Shown here piece by piece: positions 9,501 through 22,860 of a stretch of 64,000 bases of DNA. The stretch lies in the NCBI GenBank assembly GCA_028534125.1, contig CM052817.1:51462001-51526000 (forward strand), written 5' to 3'. The notes under the pieces were generated by a model that had not been told where the DNA came from, did no database searches, and was given only the letters and a program-made list of their open reading frames with translations. The first letter of the stretch is position 1; every line of letters starts with the position of its first letter. The DNA comes from Lama glama. Taxonomy: Eukaryota. The position numbers and the translations under genes were made by a program.

Positions 9501-12500
9501 CATCTCCCATCTCCCATGCTTAACCCAAGCAATCTGCGTTTTTTACCTTCCCGATAAAGTTAAAAAAGTATTTTCTGAAGTCGTAGTCCTTTTATTAACA
9601 TCTCGTGTTAGATTAATTATGCTAGAAGTCCGAAGGATTATGACGGTTAGGCGTCCTTTTATCAATTTACTCCACTGAAAGGGGCGTACTGGTTTGGATT
9701 TAAAGAGTAATAGTAATAGTAATATAATTTATCCTTTCGTGTTCCCATTAGGTTTCAGTTTCCCCACCTTCCCCCCGCCCCCAGGTGTGATGGGGAAGGG
9801 GCTTATCTAGAGGTATAAGGGAGTAAGTAGCTCTTGGTTAGAGAATGGGAAGAAATGAAGTCTTCGGGTGGGTGGCGCTAAATGGGAGCAGAAGTAGAGG
9901 CTATTCCGGGAGGAAGAGGCTAAAGGAAATGGAAGCAAGGAAATAGCACTGGTCTCCTAAGGTGTTGTAAGCGAAGCTGGAGTCTTGTGGAAGGCAGACT
10001 GGATGATATTACAGACTTAACAACCACAACTTGTGTTTTCCTTCCCCAGTGAGTCGAACACGCAGCAAAACTTGGGCTTTAGTGAGATGGGCTCTAACCA
10101 ACAATGAGCTGAGCAGTACTTTACCACCCAGTGTTCTGAAGACACTAAATATAAAAGCATGTCTATCTGAGGCACATTTTGTAAGTCTTTATTTTACCTA
10201 ATTAGAAAAAAATTTTACTGTGTACATATTTCATCTCACGCATCCCACCTCTGCCCAATGCAGTTTCCCATCTTTCCATTAGTATCATCCCAGACCTTCA
10301 ATATTTATGTTCTTCTCCTTTTTGTTTTTCCTCATGATACTGCTATTCTGAATCAAAGAACAAAAAATAAGATATTTATAACAGTAATCGATTTGTTTAT
10401 TTAAAGATTCAGCCTCGAGTTTTTAAGTTTGTTTTTGACTGTTTCTGGAGGGACTTTGAAAGATCAGGGGCAGAAAGGTTTGGTGGGTGCACTGACTCCA
10501 TTAATAACTTGCTCTCATACACTTTGCTTTCTGCAACCTATTGATACCTATAGATATTTCTCAGACTGTAGTGTATATACACATCATATATGTGTATGAA
10601 ATGAATGTTTCCATTATGTGAGAAAAAAATTTGAGGCAGATAGAAATAAATATCAGTTTACATATATAATTGGTATTCCAGTCATTTTAAAAATTTAAGT
10701 TTGGTAGACATAAATAAACAGAATTGAACAGAAGAAATAAAATATATATCTAGAATATTGGACTGATATGAAATGAATGTTGGAATACACTGGATAATAA
10801 ACAATAAGAGGAAAACTTACTCTTTAGACTGAATTCTAAGATAAGCTAAATATATCTTTGTCTTATTACACACATTAGGCATAAAATAACGTGTGGAAGA
10901 AACCTTTGAACTACAGTGTAATACACAAGACTTTCGCTGTAAAATAATCCGAGGCATATATAAGACAAAAAACTTATCTATGATCAAGCAGGACAAATAT
11001 TAGCAAGTGTATCAACAAGTGAAAATTTTAATAGATTTAATAAGAGGAGCATGTCCACTTATGAATATTGGAGGTGGCCCTGGACTTATTCAGTAACTGC
11101 CACTTTTTCTGTCTGGAGATATATTTGTAAACAAGCATTATTTGACAAGTGCTTTTCGCAGCAGGGATTCTTGGCCAATTACTGCTGAACAGCTCTGCAT
11201 TGAAAATGATTCACCCGCAGTGAATCAAGCTTAATTCATTGAAGCTACAGTCAGTAATGTCCCAGTAAAGTGCTTCTGACAGTTGTCAGCAGTTTGTATT
11301 TGAAAAGTCCAGTTCCTTGTCTCTGAATGTTTTGTATGTTTGAGAAAGTGGGATGGATGGGGCTCTAGGGGGAAAGAAGCACACACGTAAGGGGAAAATG
11401 TGAGGGGCTTAACTGTTTGAAAAACATTCATAAAATGTAACTGTTTTCAGTGGGAAGAAAGAAAAGGAAGAAAGTTTGTTTAAGGGTTTTTCATGGTTTG
11501 TAATAGAACCAGGCCCATAAAACGATTGGACAACATAATAGATTTGTAAAACTAAATGGCTTTGTTTTGTGGTCTTGTCATCCGGTTGTAATTCATTTCC
11601 TTTTAGATAAAGAAGCAGGACCCCATAGAAAAAGGACAGTAAAATTATTCCCTCACCAGGATGCTACTGAGCAAAAAAAGAGAGCCATTACCCCTATTTG
11701 AATCATAGATTGTTGGAACTAGGAAGGCACCATGAAGAGTTTTGGCTTTTTACTTTATAAACCATGAATGGAGAGCAGAGGCTTGGGTCTTGAAATTTTA
11801 AGCCTTTTTTGAGGTAGACAAAGATCTTCTTGGGTGTCAGGGCAACTTGTAAGAGGATTTCATTTCCTCATATTAGGCAGAGAAGAGGTTGGGCAATTCC
11901 TGCATTTCTAATGGGTATTTCTCCATCAGTTGAAAACATTATTGTAATATTGTCACTTTAAATATTGTTAATTCTTTATTTAAGCCCACAAAGGGAATAA
12001 CCGGTATGGGAAATGGATTCATTTTTTTATGCTTAAGAAATGTATTATTTGCCACTATTTGTATTACTACTACTCTGCTCTACAAAATGTGACCATTTAG
12101 AGTATTTATACAAGAAATATCAAAATGAGATGACATGCTATTTATAGACAAACATCCCCAAACTATTTAACTAAATATTAAACATTATTCAGTATTGCTA
12201 CTGTTGAGAAAATGACTATGCTTTAGTTATTTTCACTGCATTTTTGTTTTTGACTTGAGCACTTGAATCTCCTTTGTTGTTTGCTTCAGTGGCCAATTAA
12301 CTTCTCTTTCATTTGGAAGAAACCTTTCTACCTTTGACTGTAAAAATAGAGTATAATATGCATGATTATATTAACTAACTATAGTCATTTTTTCCTTTTG
12401 AGTCAAGCTTAATGTTCTTTTTTAAAAAGAGAAATGTGCTGTTAATATCCTGAAGAAAAACTACTGTGAAAAAGTATTGATAACACTTTATACTTAATTT

Positions 12501-14813
12501 TTTCAATTTAAATTAGCAAATACTTTTCATTTTACTAATGAATAGCTTGAACTTCAGTTAGCAGAGGTATCTAATAGTTCAAAGATGATTATGGCATATT
12601 AGTTTTCATAAAACATCAAAATTAACTGAAGTTTGAACATTCAGCCTTGCTTATAAATCGTTAAAAATTGATTGCAGTATTCATCCTTTTGTTTTATTTT
12701 CAGAAGGGGTGACTTTTAACTATAAAAACAATAAGAGAGCTGAAAATAAAGTTCTTAAAACCTTAGAGACTGAATGATTCTTGCTGTTCTCATATCTCTG
12801 ATGAGTATTTATTTATCTATAAAACAGAATAGTTCCTACTGGTGTGCTCTGCTGGGTAAATACATGTTTAGTTATTTTATCAAAATTTATATAATCAGTT
12901 GGTTAGGTAGTGATTTCCTCAAAGAAGTTATCCTAGTCTGTTGTATACATAAACACACCTAGTGATATTTTTAAATGACATTTAAAAATGTATCATATAT
13001 TCTATTGCAGAGTAAATGGTGTACTTATTTCTATGAATGTATACAAAGGAAGTTAAAATATAAAATAAATTCTAAAGGCTTTGTAAACGCAGATTAAAAT
13101 AGTCATATTTTAAACAAAAAGTTTAATAATACATAACTTTAAAATAGCAAACAAAATAGGTATATTCAGTAAGGTGTATTTGATTTAGGAAATGAATAAC
13201 ATGATCTATTCATAACATTTTTCAAAGCACTATATAACAATTAGAAAACTGAAAGATTTGACCGTTATTTACTATGAAGATTTTATCTGAATTATCAGTT
13301 TCATTGAAAATGTAAATGATCCATTCTTAAGTATTTGGTTTTTAATTTTCAAAACAATTAACATCAGTACTTAGGAAGTCTCCCTTTATCATATATTTAC
13401 TTTTCCCTTTTTAGTTTCTGACTTTCTAGACATTTGTTTATTCAGAGTTAATAAAATAGATTTTAAAGTGTTTGAACAAGACAAAAATTTACTTTTGAAC
13501 AAGAAAAAAATGTTTAAGAATGTCCAAATTTTGGACAACAGCTCACTTTTTATAATACATTTGGTAACATATGCAAGGTATTGTGTTAAAGAACTTTCCA
13601 TAAAAATAAGGATTACTGATGCCATAAATTGTACTATGAAATAGCTATTTATAAATCAGATTACAAATAGATAGTGGTGCAAGTATTCTTGAGAATTAAA
13701 ACAATTGAAATTTGCATCTTCTGACACTATAGATTTCACATGTGTAGGATTTATTCATTTCATTTATTCTGATCACATAAAATGAGAGATGGCTGCAATT
13801 TAAAAATTTTATATGAAAATAACAGAAGAAAACACTTAATTGAATGATTTAAAATGTAATTCTAATCAATGAACTTCATGAGAGGTAGAGATTTTTAAAT
13901 TCCCATTTAACTTCTTTCATTACCATCTTAAACAATTCTTAGCCAATATAATGTGTTAGTGTAAAGCTAAAAATAAATAAATAAAAAGAAAGAACGCTGT
14001 AAAGTATATGAGAATTTGAATTGTGTTTGGTGAAATGTGTGGAAAATTATGGTCCTGCTCTTTTTTTGTCTTCTAAATGCTCAAAATTGTCATCTAGTAC
14101 CTCTAATGAGAATCTCAGGTGTTAACAAAGTCGTAAAATAAAACTGTAATTTAGTCGGTACACCACTTGGAGTTTCTAAAAACTCTGTGGTTTAGCATTA
14201 TAACATTTATTAGCTGCCATTTCATGCCAGTATACTCTTAATTACTTTTTTTATTTTTAGCAATTTAAAGAAACCATAAGGAGTCATTTCTATCATTTAA
14301 AAAATGCTTGAAAACCCTCTAAAAAAAAATGTGAGTTTTGTCTTTAGAATCCCATTAACAGTGTATTCAGTTAAAGAAAACCTAGTAAGCTCTGTTCATA
14401 AAGCTTTATTCTAGTTCTTTTTTTTTCTGTAGTTTTCTGTGGGTTTCGCAGCTACAATCGCTGATCAGTCTATGTGTTACTTTATTAATATCATTTAAGG
14501 TATTTCTTAAACTATTGAAGAACATACAAAACTTTGTGGATCAAAAGTCAACCCTAGGTCATGCAAAAGTCTGTATCTGTATCTCTCAGTGACTCAGTAT
14601 TCATGGCTTTAATTGTTGTGCATTTAATAAGCAGAATGCAGGACTGAGGACTGTGTGTGTGCATGTAGACACGTTTTGAAGTGTGTGGAAAGGTTGTGGT
14701 GAAGCTGGAAGAGAGAATGGAGGGGGGTTATGTCAAAATGATATCACTATGAACTTGATATTAATAAAAGTGCTTGGGTTTTGTTTTTTTATATTTAACA
14801 AAAATACCATAAC

Positions 14814-14853
14814 TGTGCATGCGTGCGCATGCACACACACACACACACACACA
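14814..14853. repeat. Alternating purine-pyrimidine tract ending in (CA)n
   Basis: tgtgcatgcgtgcgcatgcacacacacacacacacacaca. Confidence 0.9.
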
Positions 14854-15379
14854 TTCTAATTTTACATTTGTTTTACTGACTCTGAAAATATAAATCCCAG
14901 TCTAATGGAAGAAAATAACTCTTTAGTTCATTTTATTTCATCCATCTAGTTCTTCTTTTCTTCTATTTCCCTGTAAGTTCTGCAGTTTCGTTGAGTCATG
15001 TCAAATGCTTGTGGTGTTAGACACCCCACAGATTAAATAATTAGGATTAAAGTGTCTGTGATGATTCTAATTCTGTTATAGTTGCTGGACTATTGCCCAG
15101 GCTCTTGTCTCCATCCATCACACACATCTTCGGTTCTAACTAAACTGGGCCCATAACTCTGTTAAGTAAATGATCCGGGTTAAAAAAAAAAAAAAATCAA
15201 AGAGCCAAAACTGAAGGGTTGAAATAGTTTGCATATGCTTTGTGAGAAAATGTTCCTATTTGGAAACCTGGTTCCGGCTAAGTATTGGAAGATTTAGAGA
15301 AAATACAGCCTGTTCTTTTATTCAGAGATAGGTAGTGTCTTTTTTCTTTTATAATAATTTCACATTCTTATTTTCATTT

Positions 15380-15478
15380 GTCCCGTCTCCCTTTTCCCCT
15401 CTCCCCCTCCTTCTCTCCCTACGTCCTTCCTTTTCTCCTTCCTTTCTCTCCCCCCCTCTTTCCTTCCTCCCTCCTCCT
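15380..15478. repeat. CT-rich low-complexity polypyrimidine tract
   Basis: About 100 nt almost entirely C/T. Confidence 0.85.
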
Positions 15479-16339
15479 GGTCAGGTACTACATTTATGCA
15501 AAGTCCAAGCAAGATAAGAGGTTAAAAGCCCACCCAGGCCTGTTAGTTCCAACACCCTTAAGTTAAAGAGTAGTTTGTATCAAACAAAGTCAGTTTTTTT
15601 TTACTTAATTCTTCAGTCAGAAGTACAAAAGTTTAAGGTATCTCTGTCAGTTTTGCGTTTCTTAAAAGATAGCTGTCTTATGTACTTCGCACTGGCTGTC
15701 TTTTCCGGTTTCAGGATGCTAGGTAATGGCTCCCCACCCCCCGACCCCCGGAAAGACAACTCAGCAGGTAGACCGGGCTGGCGAGGTTCAGCCCGGGTCG
15801 GCGGCAGCAGGCGCCCTATGAGCCGCGTGTGGTCCACACCCAGACCGGCCTGGTGTGCTCCCCGGGCAGGTGAGACCGACCTGCCGATTTGTGGAAGATG
15901 ATGACGGACTCTCTTCTTCCTACACCCTAGGCAGTGTCGTGATGCTGTTACAAGGTGTCTTGTCTAAGGGGCACAACCAACCTTCTGAAGAAAGCAGAAA
16001 AATACTTGGGAACTGAAGGATTTTAACCATGTCTAGTTTCAAACCATCATATTTGATTTATCTGGAAGTGGGGGTGGGGGCAACAACAACAGAACCATTT
16101 AATCTTCCAGATTTGGAATTACTGTCTTTTTGATTTAAGCCCACAAAAGCCAGAAAGGAAAGGATTAAATGGTAAGGAATTACAGAAAAAGAAACAAGAG
16201 AAAACCAAATCAAACCTCTGGCTTTGAAATTCAAAAAGGAACTAGTCTTGTTTCATTTTAAGTTTTTGTTTTCCATGTTTTGTGAGGGGTTTTGCTAATC
16301 TCCATCATTTACTACATCTGAATTCTGTGGACAGTCACT

Positions 16340-16460
16340 TTTTTTTAACCTCAGTTTATTTGTCTGTAGTATGGTACTACTTACCTCATATAATTGTTGA
16401 GGAGAATTAACAAAATGAGATAGTTTTCTGATTGGTGAGCACTGCTTATAATGTGAGTTG
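16340..16460 (+). mobile_element. MIR fragment
   Basis: 'aacctcagtttatttgtctgtagtatgg...acctcatataattgttgaggagaattaacaaaatgagata'. Confidence 0.6.
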
Positions 16461-17749
16461 TGGCAGTGTAGCTGGTTAAAGTTCTGCAGAGTCCACGTAT
16501 GTAAACACCTCACTTGCCGGTAAGGACTTGGCTATAACAAAGCATCAGGTGCAGCCATTTTGTGCATTTAAGTTTGTTGTGTGAGGAATCGTCCTTAAGA
16601 AGAAGAATACAAAAATATTTTAGTTTTGCAAGTGTAGCAGAAATACAGACTTAGTGCACACATTACCAGTGCCACAGTGGCATGGCAATGGCCTAGGTCT
16701 TTGAGGACTCTGTGGCTTAATTTTAATTAACTTCACTATAACTGCCTCTCACTGGGTAGTGCAGACTGGGGACCTGTAAAGGCCATGAACCGAGCTCTGC
16801 CAGGTATTAGAGATGTGTTCTTGAACCATCCACCTCGGATTCTTCATAGTTAAAGTGTTAACACACACTCAGAGGGATATTGTGAAGATAAAATAATAAT
16901 AATATATAGTGTGTACGTTGGTTAGTAAAATTCCTAGAGCAAAACAAATGTATAACAAATGTTAGTCCCTGTGATTCCCTCACTACTAAATATGGAGTAT
17001 TTGAGATAAGCTTTCACAATCACAGGTTATTGTCTTCTTTGCATTGGATGGTGATTAAGGGGAATCTGGGACAGAAAAAGAGTCTAACAAAAAGAATTGC
17101 ATATGCAAATTTTCCATAGAGCTATCAAAGAGAAAAATCAACCACATAATGTTGTCCTAATTTTCAGCTGGTTTCCTAATTATTTAATAGTGAATACTGG
17201 GATTTGATTAGGAAACAAAGGGGAGATCATCAGTGCAAGGATCATGGGTTGTAAATGTTGCCTTTTACCTCATCGTTCCCCAAGTAAAGGTCAGGTGTTT
17301 CTTAGCCACAAATCATATCGAGAGGTATTGTCAAATGTTTTGGCTATTTAGTACTAACATAGTATGTTTTACATATATATTTAACATAATATATAATATA
17401 TATTCTTTAAATGACCTATGCGATGCTACTGAAAGTTGATTAATTGGGAGAATTAAATTCTTAGAAGTTTCCTGAAACATGTCTGACACTTATTTTACAC
17501 CTCTATTTTAGTTTGAAATATAAAATTTTCTGATCTGTTCTGTTATATTCAGAGTTGAAAATATTACTTGGAAATATAATTGAGCTTTTAAATTTTCGAA
17601 AAGGTCTTAATACAATTCTGTGAGGCTTACCTTTTCTTATGTAAGTAACATAAACAGGTATGAGGAAATTTAGAATGTACTGTGTTTAGATCTGCTTGTG
17701 AAATGTATGTGTGCATTTGCACACATGCGTGCACCCACCTGGATGCAAT

Positions 17750-17990
17750 AATCATAGCTAACATTCAGTATTGATACACTATGTGCCATACAGTGTTTTA
17801 AGTGGTCTACATATACATGGATTTATTTTCCTCAAAACAAGCCTAGGAGATAAGTATTATTATTATTCCTATTTTACACATGAGGAGACAGGCAGGGAAC
17901 AATTAAATAACTCGCCCAAGTTTACAGATCTGAAAGTGGTAGAAATCTGTACTCAAACCGAGGCAGTCTGACTCCAGCACTGCTCTTATC
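17750..17990 (-). mobile_element. MIR SINE, near full length
   Basis: 'tattattcctattttacacatgaggagacaggcagggaacaattaaataactcgcccaag...actcaaaccgaggcagtctgactccag'. Confidence 0.85.
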
Positions 17991-18919
17991 GGCTCCTGTC
18001 CACAGGGGAAGACTGTTGACCAAAGGCCTTCACATCTCCGCAGGCACTCTGCCCTCCCCGTCCAAATAATGGCTCATTCCACAGACAGTAGAAGAACAAA
18101 GTGCATATAGAAATTCATAGTGAGTCCTGAGGATATTCTCATGTTCACGTTCACTCTTTATCTCTGATTTTTTTCCCTCTCACTAAATACTTGATCAGCT
18201 TGTCATCCAGCTCTTACACATTGATGGACCCCTCATGTTGACATCTCCCCTTTTCATTGCCCAGAACTCCACTAGCACAAGGCAAGATTTCTTTCTACAC
18301 ATTACCTCTCTTCTATTTCAGGCCATATTTTCTTTAGTTTGTAAATTGTTTTCTGTTGTTCTAGTATATAAGCAACCCAGATCTCAATCCCTAACCCAGG
18401 CTACACTCTAGGCCTAGCTGTATACACCCAAAATCACATTCAGAAACTCTCCCCCATAAAGTGCTATGCATTGCTCATTACTACCCCTTGCTCTGTTGGG
18501 ATTAGAGGACAGTTTTGAAAATAAAGTTTTGCCTTAAATCATGACATTGTATTTTTTAGGCAACACTATTTTATTGTAAAAAGTGAGGACACTGAAATGT
18601 TCCATGGATTCAGTGGAAAATGTATTCACCCTTGGTCTCCTATCCAAGGCAACCTCTTGAGTGCTTTTTCCTTTACATACATGGTTATATTAAATATTTT
18701 ATAATCACTTTTATGTAGTTTATACTATTAAAATGCTTTATAGTTTATGAAATGTGCTAACTTACCTTATTCCATGAGAATCTCATTAAAAAAAACTAGG
18801 ATAGATTAGACAAATCATTACTATGAACAAAGAAACTGAAACAAGAAAATTTGATCTAGTGAAAAATCAGAAGAAGTTTCAAAGCCAAAGTCTCATGACT
18901 GCAGAATAGCTTGCCACTT

Positions 18920-19150
18920 TAGGAGGCAGTGGGCAGAGTGATAAGACTCCAGGCTCTGGAGTCTGCCTGAACCACTTAGAGCTGTGTAACTTTGAAAACC
19001 TAAAAAGCTAGAAAACCTCTCTGTGTCTATGCGTTCTTTCCTGTAAAATGGAAATATTAATACATTTTAGGGGTGTAAAGATTAGGTTCCCATCAAAAAA
19101 ATGTTTTGTAAAGGTTCTGGTACACAGTAAGCATTTTATAAGTGTTAAAT
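18920..19150 (+). mobile_element. MIR SINE
   Basis: 'ggctctggagtc...accacttagagctgtgtaactttg...aacctctctgtgtct...ctgtaaaatgg...ggtacacagtaagca'. Confidence 0.8.
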
Positions 19151-20909
19151 ATTACATATGCTAAAAAGTGGTGTGAGTTGGCACTCTGACATTTAGCAGG
19201 GTCTAATTTGCTACATTAGTTAGTGAGTGCTGTCTAATATTTATTGTACATAGAAATACCACAAGACAGCACTTGACTTCCGTTGCTCAAGCAGCCCTTG
19301 TTTACTCCCTAGGTAAACACTTCAGTGACTCCCCAGTGCCCTCAGGGTAAAATCTTAGCTCCTTGAGCCCAGGTACAAAGCTCTGTATGCTTCTGGCCCA
19401 CCTCTCCTGCCCCTTCCCTACAGTCTCTGCAGTCGAGGCTCCTGTGGGGCGGGGAGCCCTGCTCTCAGTGCAGCTGGATTCTAGGTGCTCAGTAGGAAAT
19501 ACTCAGCTCTTTCCTGCACCTTGGTAAACTTGATCTTTATGCCTCCTTATACATGGTAAGACTCCTCCCCAATGTCCACAGTATTCTGTGCCCATTCTTT
19601 TTCCATGTGTTAGCATTTCATGCTGAGCTAGAATTGAGTTTTCCCTTGTTTGTACATTTATGTTATTTGATGAGAATAGAAATCGCTGTAAAAAGTAAAC
19701 TTTAACCAGAGAAAAGGCACTCTTTTGAACTGAGACATCCCTACTAACAGAGATAGTATGATTTGGAAACCAAAGCAAATTAATTCCAAGAAAACTGGCA
19801 AGGTTGGTTTTTGTTTTGGTTTTTTGGGGGTTTTTTTGCATTTACTAAATGCATCAATATGAAGAAAGTTTTGCCTGTCTGTAGACGCAGTGAGAGCCAA
19901 CCCCAATGCCTGACAATCTGTATGTACCAGTGAAGTATGTTTTACTCTATAAATTTATGCTTAAGGAATAAATGGTATTAAGCAACTTCTTTGTTTCTTT
20001 AAAGACTCTATCTTTAAACACGCCCAGCCTCACCACATTATTTTTCCTGATAGAGCCAATGTAGCTTTTTTCCTAAATTCATAACTATAATAGAGTTTAG
20101 AATCTCTGGTAGTAGGGAGTCTCTTCTAAACTGAGATGTTGCCAACTAAAAGAGTGTATGATTTTCCAACCAAAAGAAATTAATACCAAGAAGTTTGGCA
20201 GTAGAATATTTTAGATTTACCAAAAATATCAATGAGAATAAAGTTCTACTGAGATTTGCAAACTACTAGGAAATAAATAGTATATATCCTGTAGTTACTA
20301 TCTCTTTGTGATTTTATCAACTGCTATTTATTCCCCCTCTTTCTTATGATAAGTTCTCAAAATTCATATGACTTGAGGCACTGTCAGCCAATGTAAAATA
20401 ATTTTTTCTGCTTTAAGCATGACTTAATTTTACCTCTAGAAAAGCAATTAATATAAAACATCTGTTTCTTAATGGTTTAAATTTCTTGGGAGGGGATGGA
20501 TTTACTCTTTCATTTGTTCTAGACTTCCTGGATTATGTAGACTGTCACTTACTTTATGAAGCACTTTAGATTTATAACTTGGTAGGAATTCTTAATATTG
20601 CAGGGAAAGTAGCAGGAAAATGGATACCATTAACCATGTGACTAGAATAACATTAAAAATAGATTTATAAAGGATAAAGTTTATAATGTAATGATGAATG
20701 GCTTTTTAAGTATAGTTTGGTTAATGTCTGATTAGTGTATTTAATTCTAACCAGTGTCTGGTAAGTATATTTAAGTAACTATCCCTCTTGAACATGTTTT
20801 TTACTTACTCTAAAAATTCTAATAAATACATCAGAAGTACCAGTGAGTTAATACTGTATTCTACTGAGCTGAGAATTCTTTGAACTGAGTCTTTCTTCTA
20901 GATAGGAAT

Positions 20910-21110
20910 AATAATCATGATAACAGCTCTGAAGACTGTTACCACATAATCTTTAAGCCTCACAACAACCCTGTGAGCTAGATATTATTATTTCAGATAC
21001 TGGTGGGAGATTGGGTTTGGGAGAATTAAGTAAATTGCATTGGGGTACACAAATAAGACTGACAGGAAAGGAACAGAGGTGTTTGATGCTTGAAGTACTT
21101 GGCTACACCC
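20910..21110 (-). mobile_element. MIR fragment
   Basis: 'tttaagcctcacaacaaccctgtgagctagatattatta...gaattaagtaaattgc'. Confidence 0.7.
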
Positions 21111-21585
21111 ACTGTCTAGAGATTACATTTATTTAAGTATATTTAAGTATCGTGCTTTGTATTTTGTTTATGCATACCATCCTTCAAGGAAGGAATCGTG
21201 TTTTACTACAAAAATCACATGTTTTATAAGAAACTCAATTAGTATAAGAATAATATAAGTAAAGTATATTGGGACATGAAAAACATACCAGCAAGACAGT
21301 ATCACTATCATCAATGCTAAAGCAATTGAATAGAAAACTTAAGTATGAGCTTTGAGTTACACAGTTCTCATTTCCTGGCAGAAAACCTGTCAGTTCATCA
21401 GGAAAAAGCATTTTTGTCCTTACTCTGGGGTTTGAGAAAAGCTGGCCACAGTGTTGTTTGTGTTTGGGGTATTGTACAATGCCGTGATTTACAATTTGAT
21501 TAACAATTTCAAAAAAAGCAGAGCTGATTTTCATCTAATAGGTTCTTATATGAGTCATTGTTGAAAGCCAAGGATAACATATTAG

Positions 21586-21797
21586 AAGTGGTTTTCAAAT
21601 TTCTTTTTTTTTTAAGCAGCAGAAACTCTCATTCAAAAGAAATCACTGTGGAAGCCCAATACGTGAAGCAGATAACAACAGAATAATTGGGTTTCCTGGC
21701 TGTGTTTTTACCTCCTTACTCCCTTCATCTGCTAATGCCTCTGAGACAGCTTTTTGGAACCACAGAGGCCATTGTGGGCTCAGTGTGAAAACCACTG
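21586..21797. mobile_element. Non-autonomous hAT-Charlie DNA transposon relic
   Basis: Terminal inverted repeats AGTGGTTTTCA ... TGAAAACCACT(G) bracket ~210 bp; no intact 8-bp TSD seen. Confidence 0.7.
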
Positions 21798-22309
21798 TGT
21801 TGAAATATAAAAAGAATGGTGTATAGAAGATCAGTGTGCTATGATGCTGACTTGTGGCTTTCTAACAATCTAGCTAAGAAACAAATTATGCTATCTGGTA
21901 AACTTTACTTTGAACCAAGAGTTCCTAATCCAGAGGTGCTCGTCAGAGCCAACCTCAAAACATTGTTAAGTATACAATGTCTGGACTCTCCTATACTCAT
22001 GGAATTGAAATTCATTAATGCAAGCCCTGTGGAAATATGTAAGTTTAGAACTTGCAAATCTGTACTTTTAGAACATTTATAAATGATTCGGATTTCAGGC
22101 CTTGTTAAAGAACCCTTATTCAGAACAGAGCTACTCAAAATGGGATCTGTGGTCTGGGATTGGTGCCAGTCTGCAGCAGTATTAATATAAAGATTAAGAG
22201 TTAGCTTTTCCAGACTCTTACTGCAATTTGACGTTGCTGCAATAATCCAGCTGTGTGATAGGTAGATTCGCCTCATTGAACAGGGCATGGCCCAGCTCTG
22301 ATGCTGTCT

Positions 22310-22493
22310 GACTCAAATTAAGTGAGTATAAGAATCCCTTGGTGGTGGGGACTTTCTAAGATGCAGTCTCCTAGGCTCCACCTAATATCCTAATTTTGTA
22401 GTTTTAGGAGGAACCAATGGATTTACGTTTTTTAAAAACACTGCATAATTCTGATGCAGGTGATTGAAACACCACACTTTAAAAAAAACACTG
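22310..22493. mobile_element. MER5A-like hAT-Charlie element
   Basis: 'ctcaaatt...agaatccct...atgcagtctcctaggctccacc...ttctgatgcaggtg...accacactttaaaaaaaacactg'. Confidence 0.65.
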
Positions 22494-22769
22494 AGTGTAT
22501 GTGTGTATATTATACATTATATGTCACTCAGAAAATGCTATATAAATATTCTCTATTATTAATCTCAAAAAAGAGAATATGAAAACGTGCTAATGCTAAA
22601 GGTGGCTTGTATTTTTATTAGACAACACTATGCACAATAAGGACATACAAAATCTTAGAGAATTGTCAAAACTCTATAGATATAGAAGGATTATTTCACA
22701 GGTAATGTAAATTCAAGCAAATGTCTATTCTCACGGCTAACCATTTGGAAGTTTGAACAATCAGCCGGA

Positions 22770-22860
22770 TACTTCCTGTTTTATTCACTGATGTATCCCT
22801 AAGGCCTAGAACAGTTCTTGGTACTTAAGTAGATGCTTAATAAATGCTTGTTGAATGAAA
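22770..22860 (+). mobile_element. L2 3' end
   Basis: 'ttattcactgatgtatccctaaggcctagaacagt...gtagatgcttaataaatgcttgttgaatgaa'. Confidence 0.85.

Noticed and set aside
15697..15910. Known ribozyme or known ncRNA (hammerhead, 7SL, 7SK, RNase P, rRNA fragment)
   Set aside because: No CUGANGA...GAAA hammerhead core in a suitable arrangement and no similarity to those RNAs as I recall them; left as an unidentified structured candidate.
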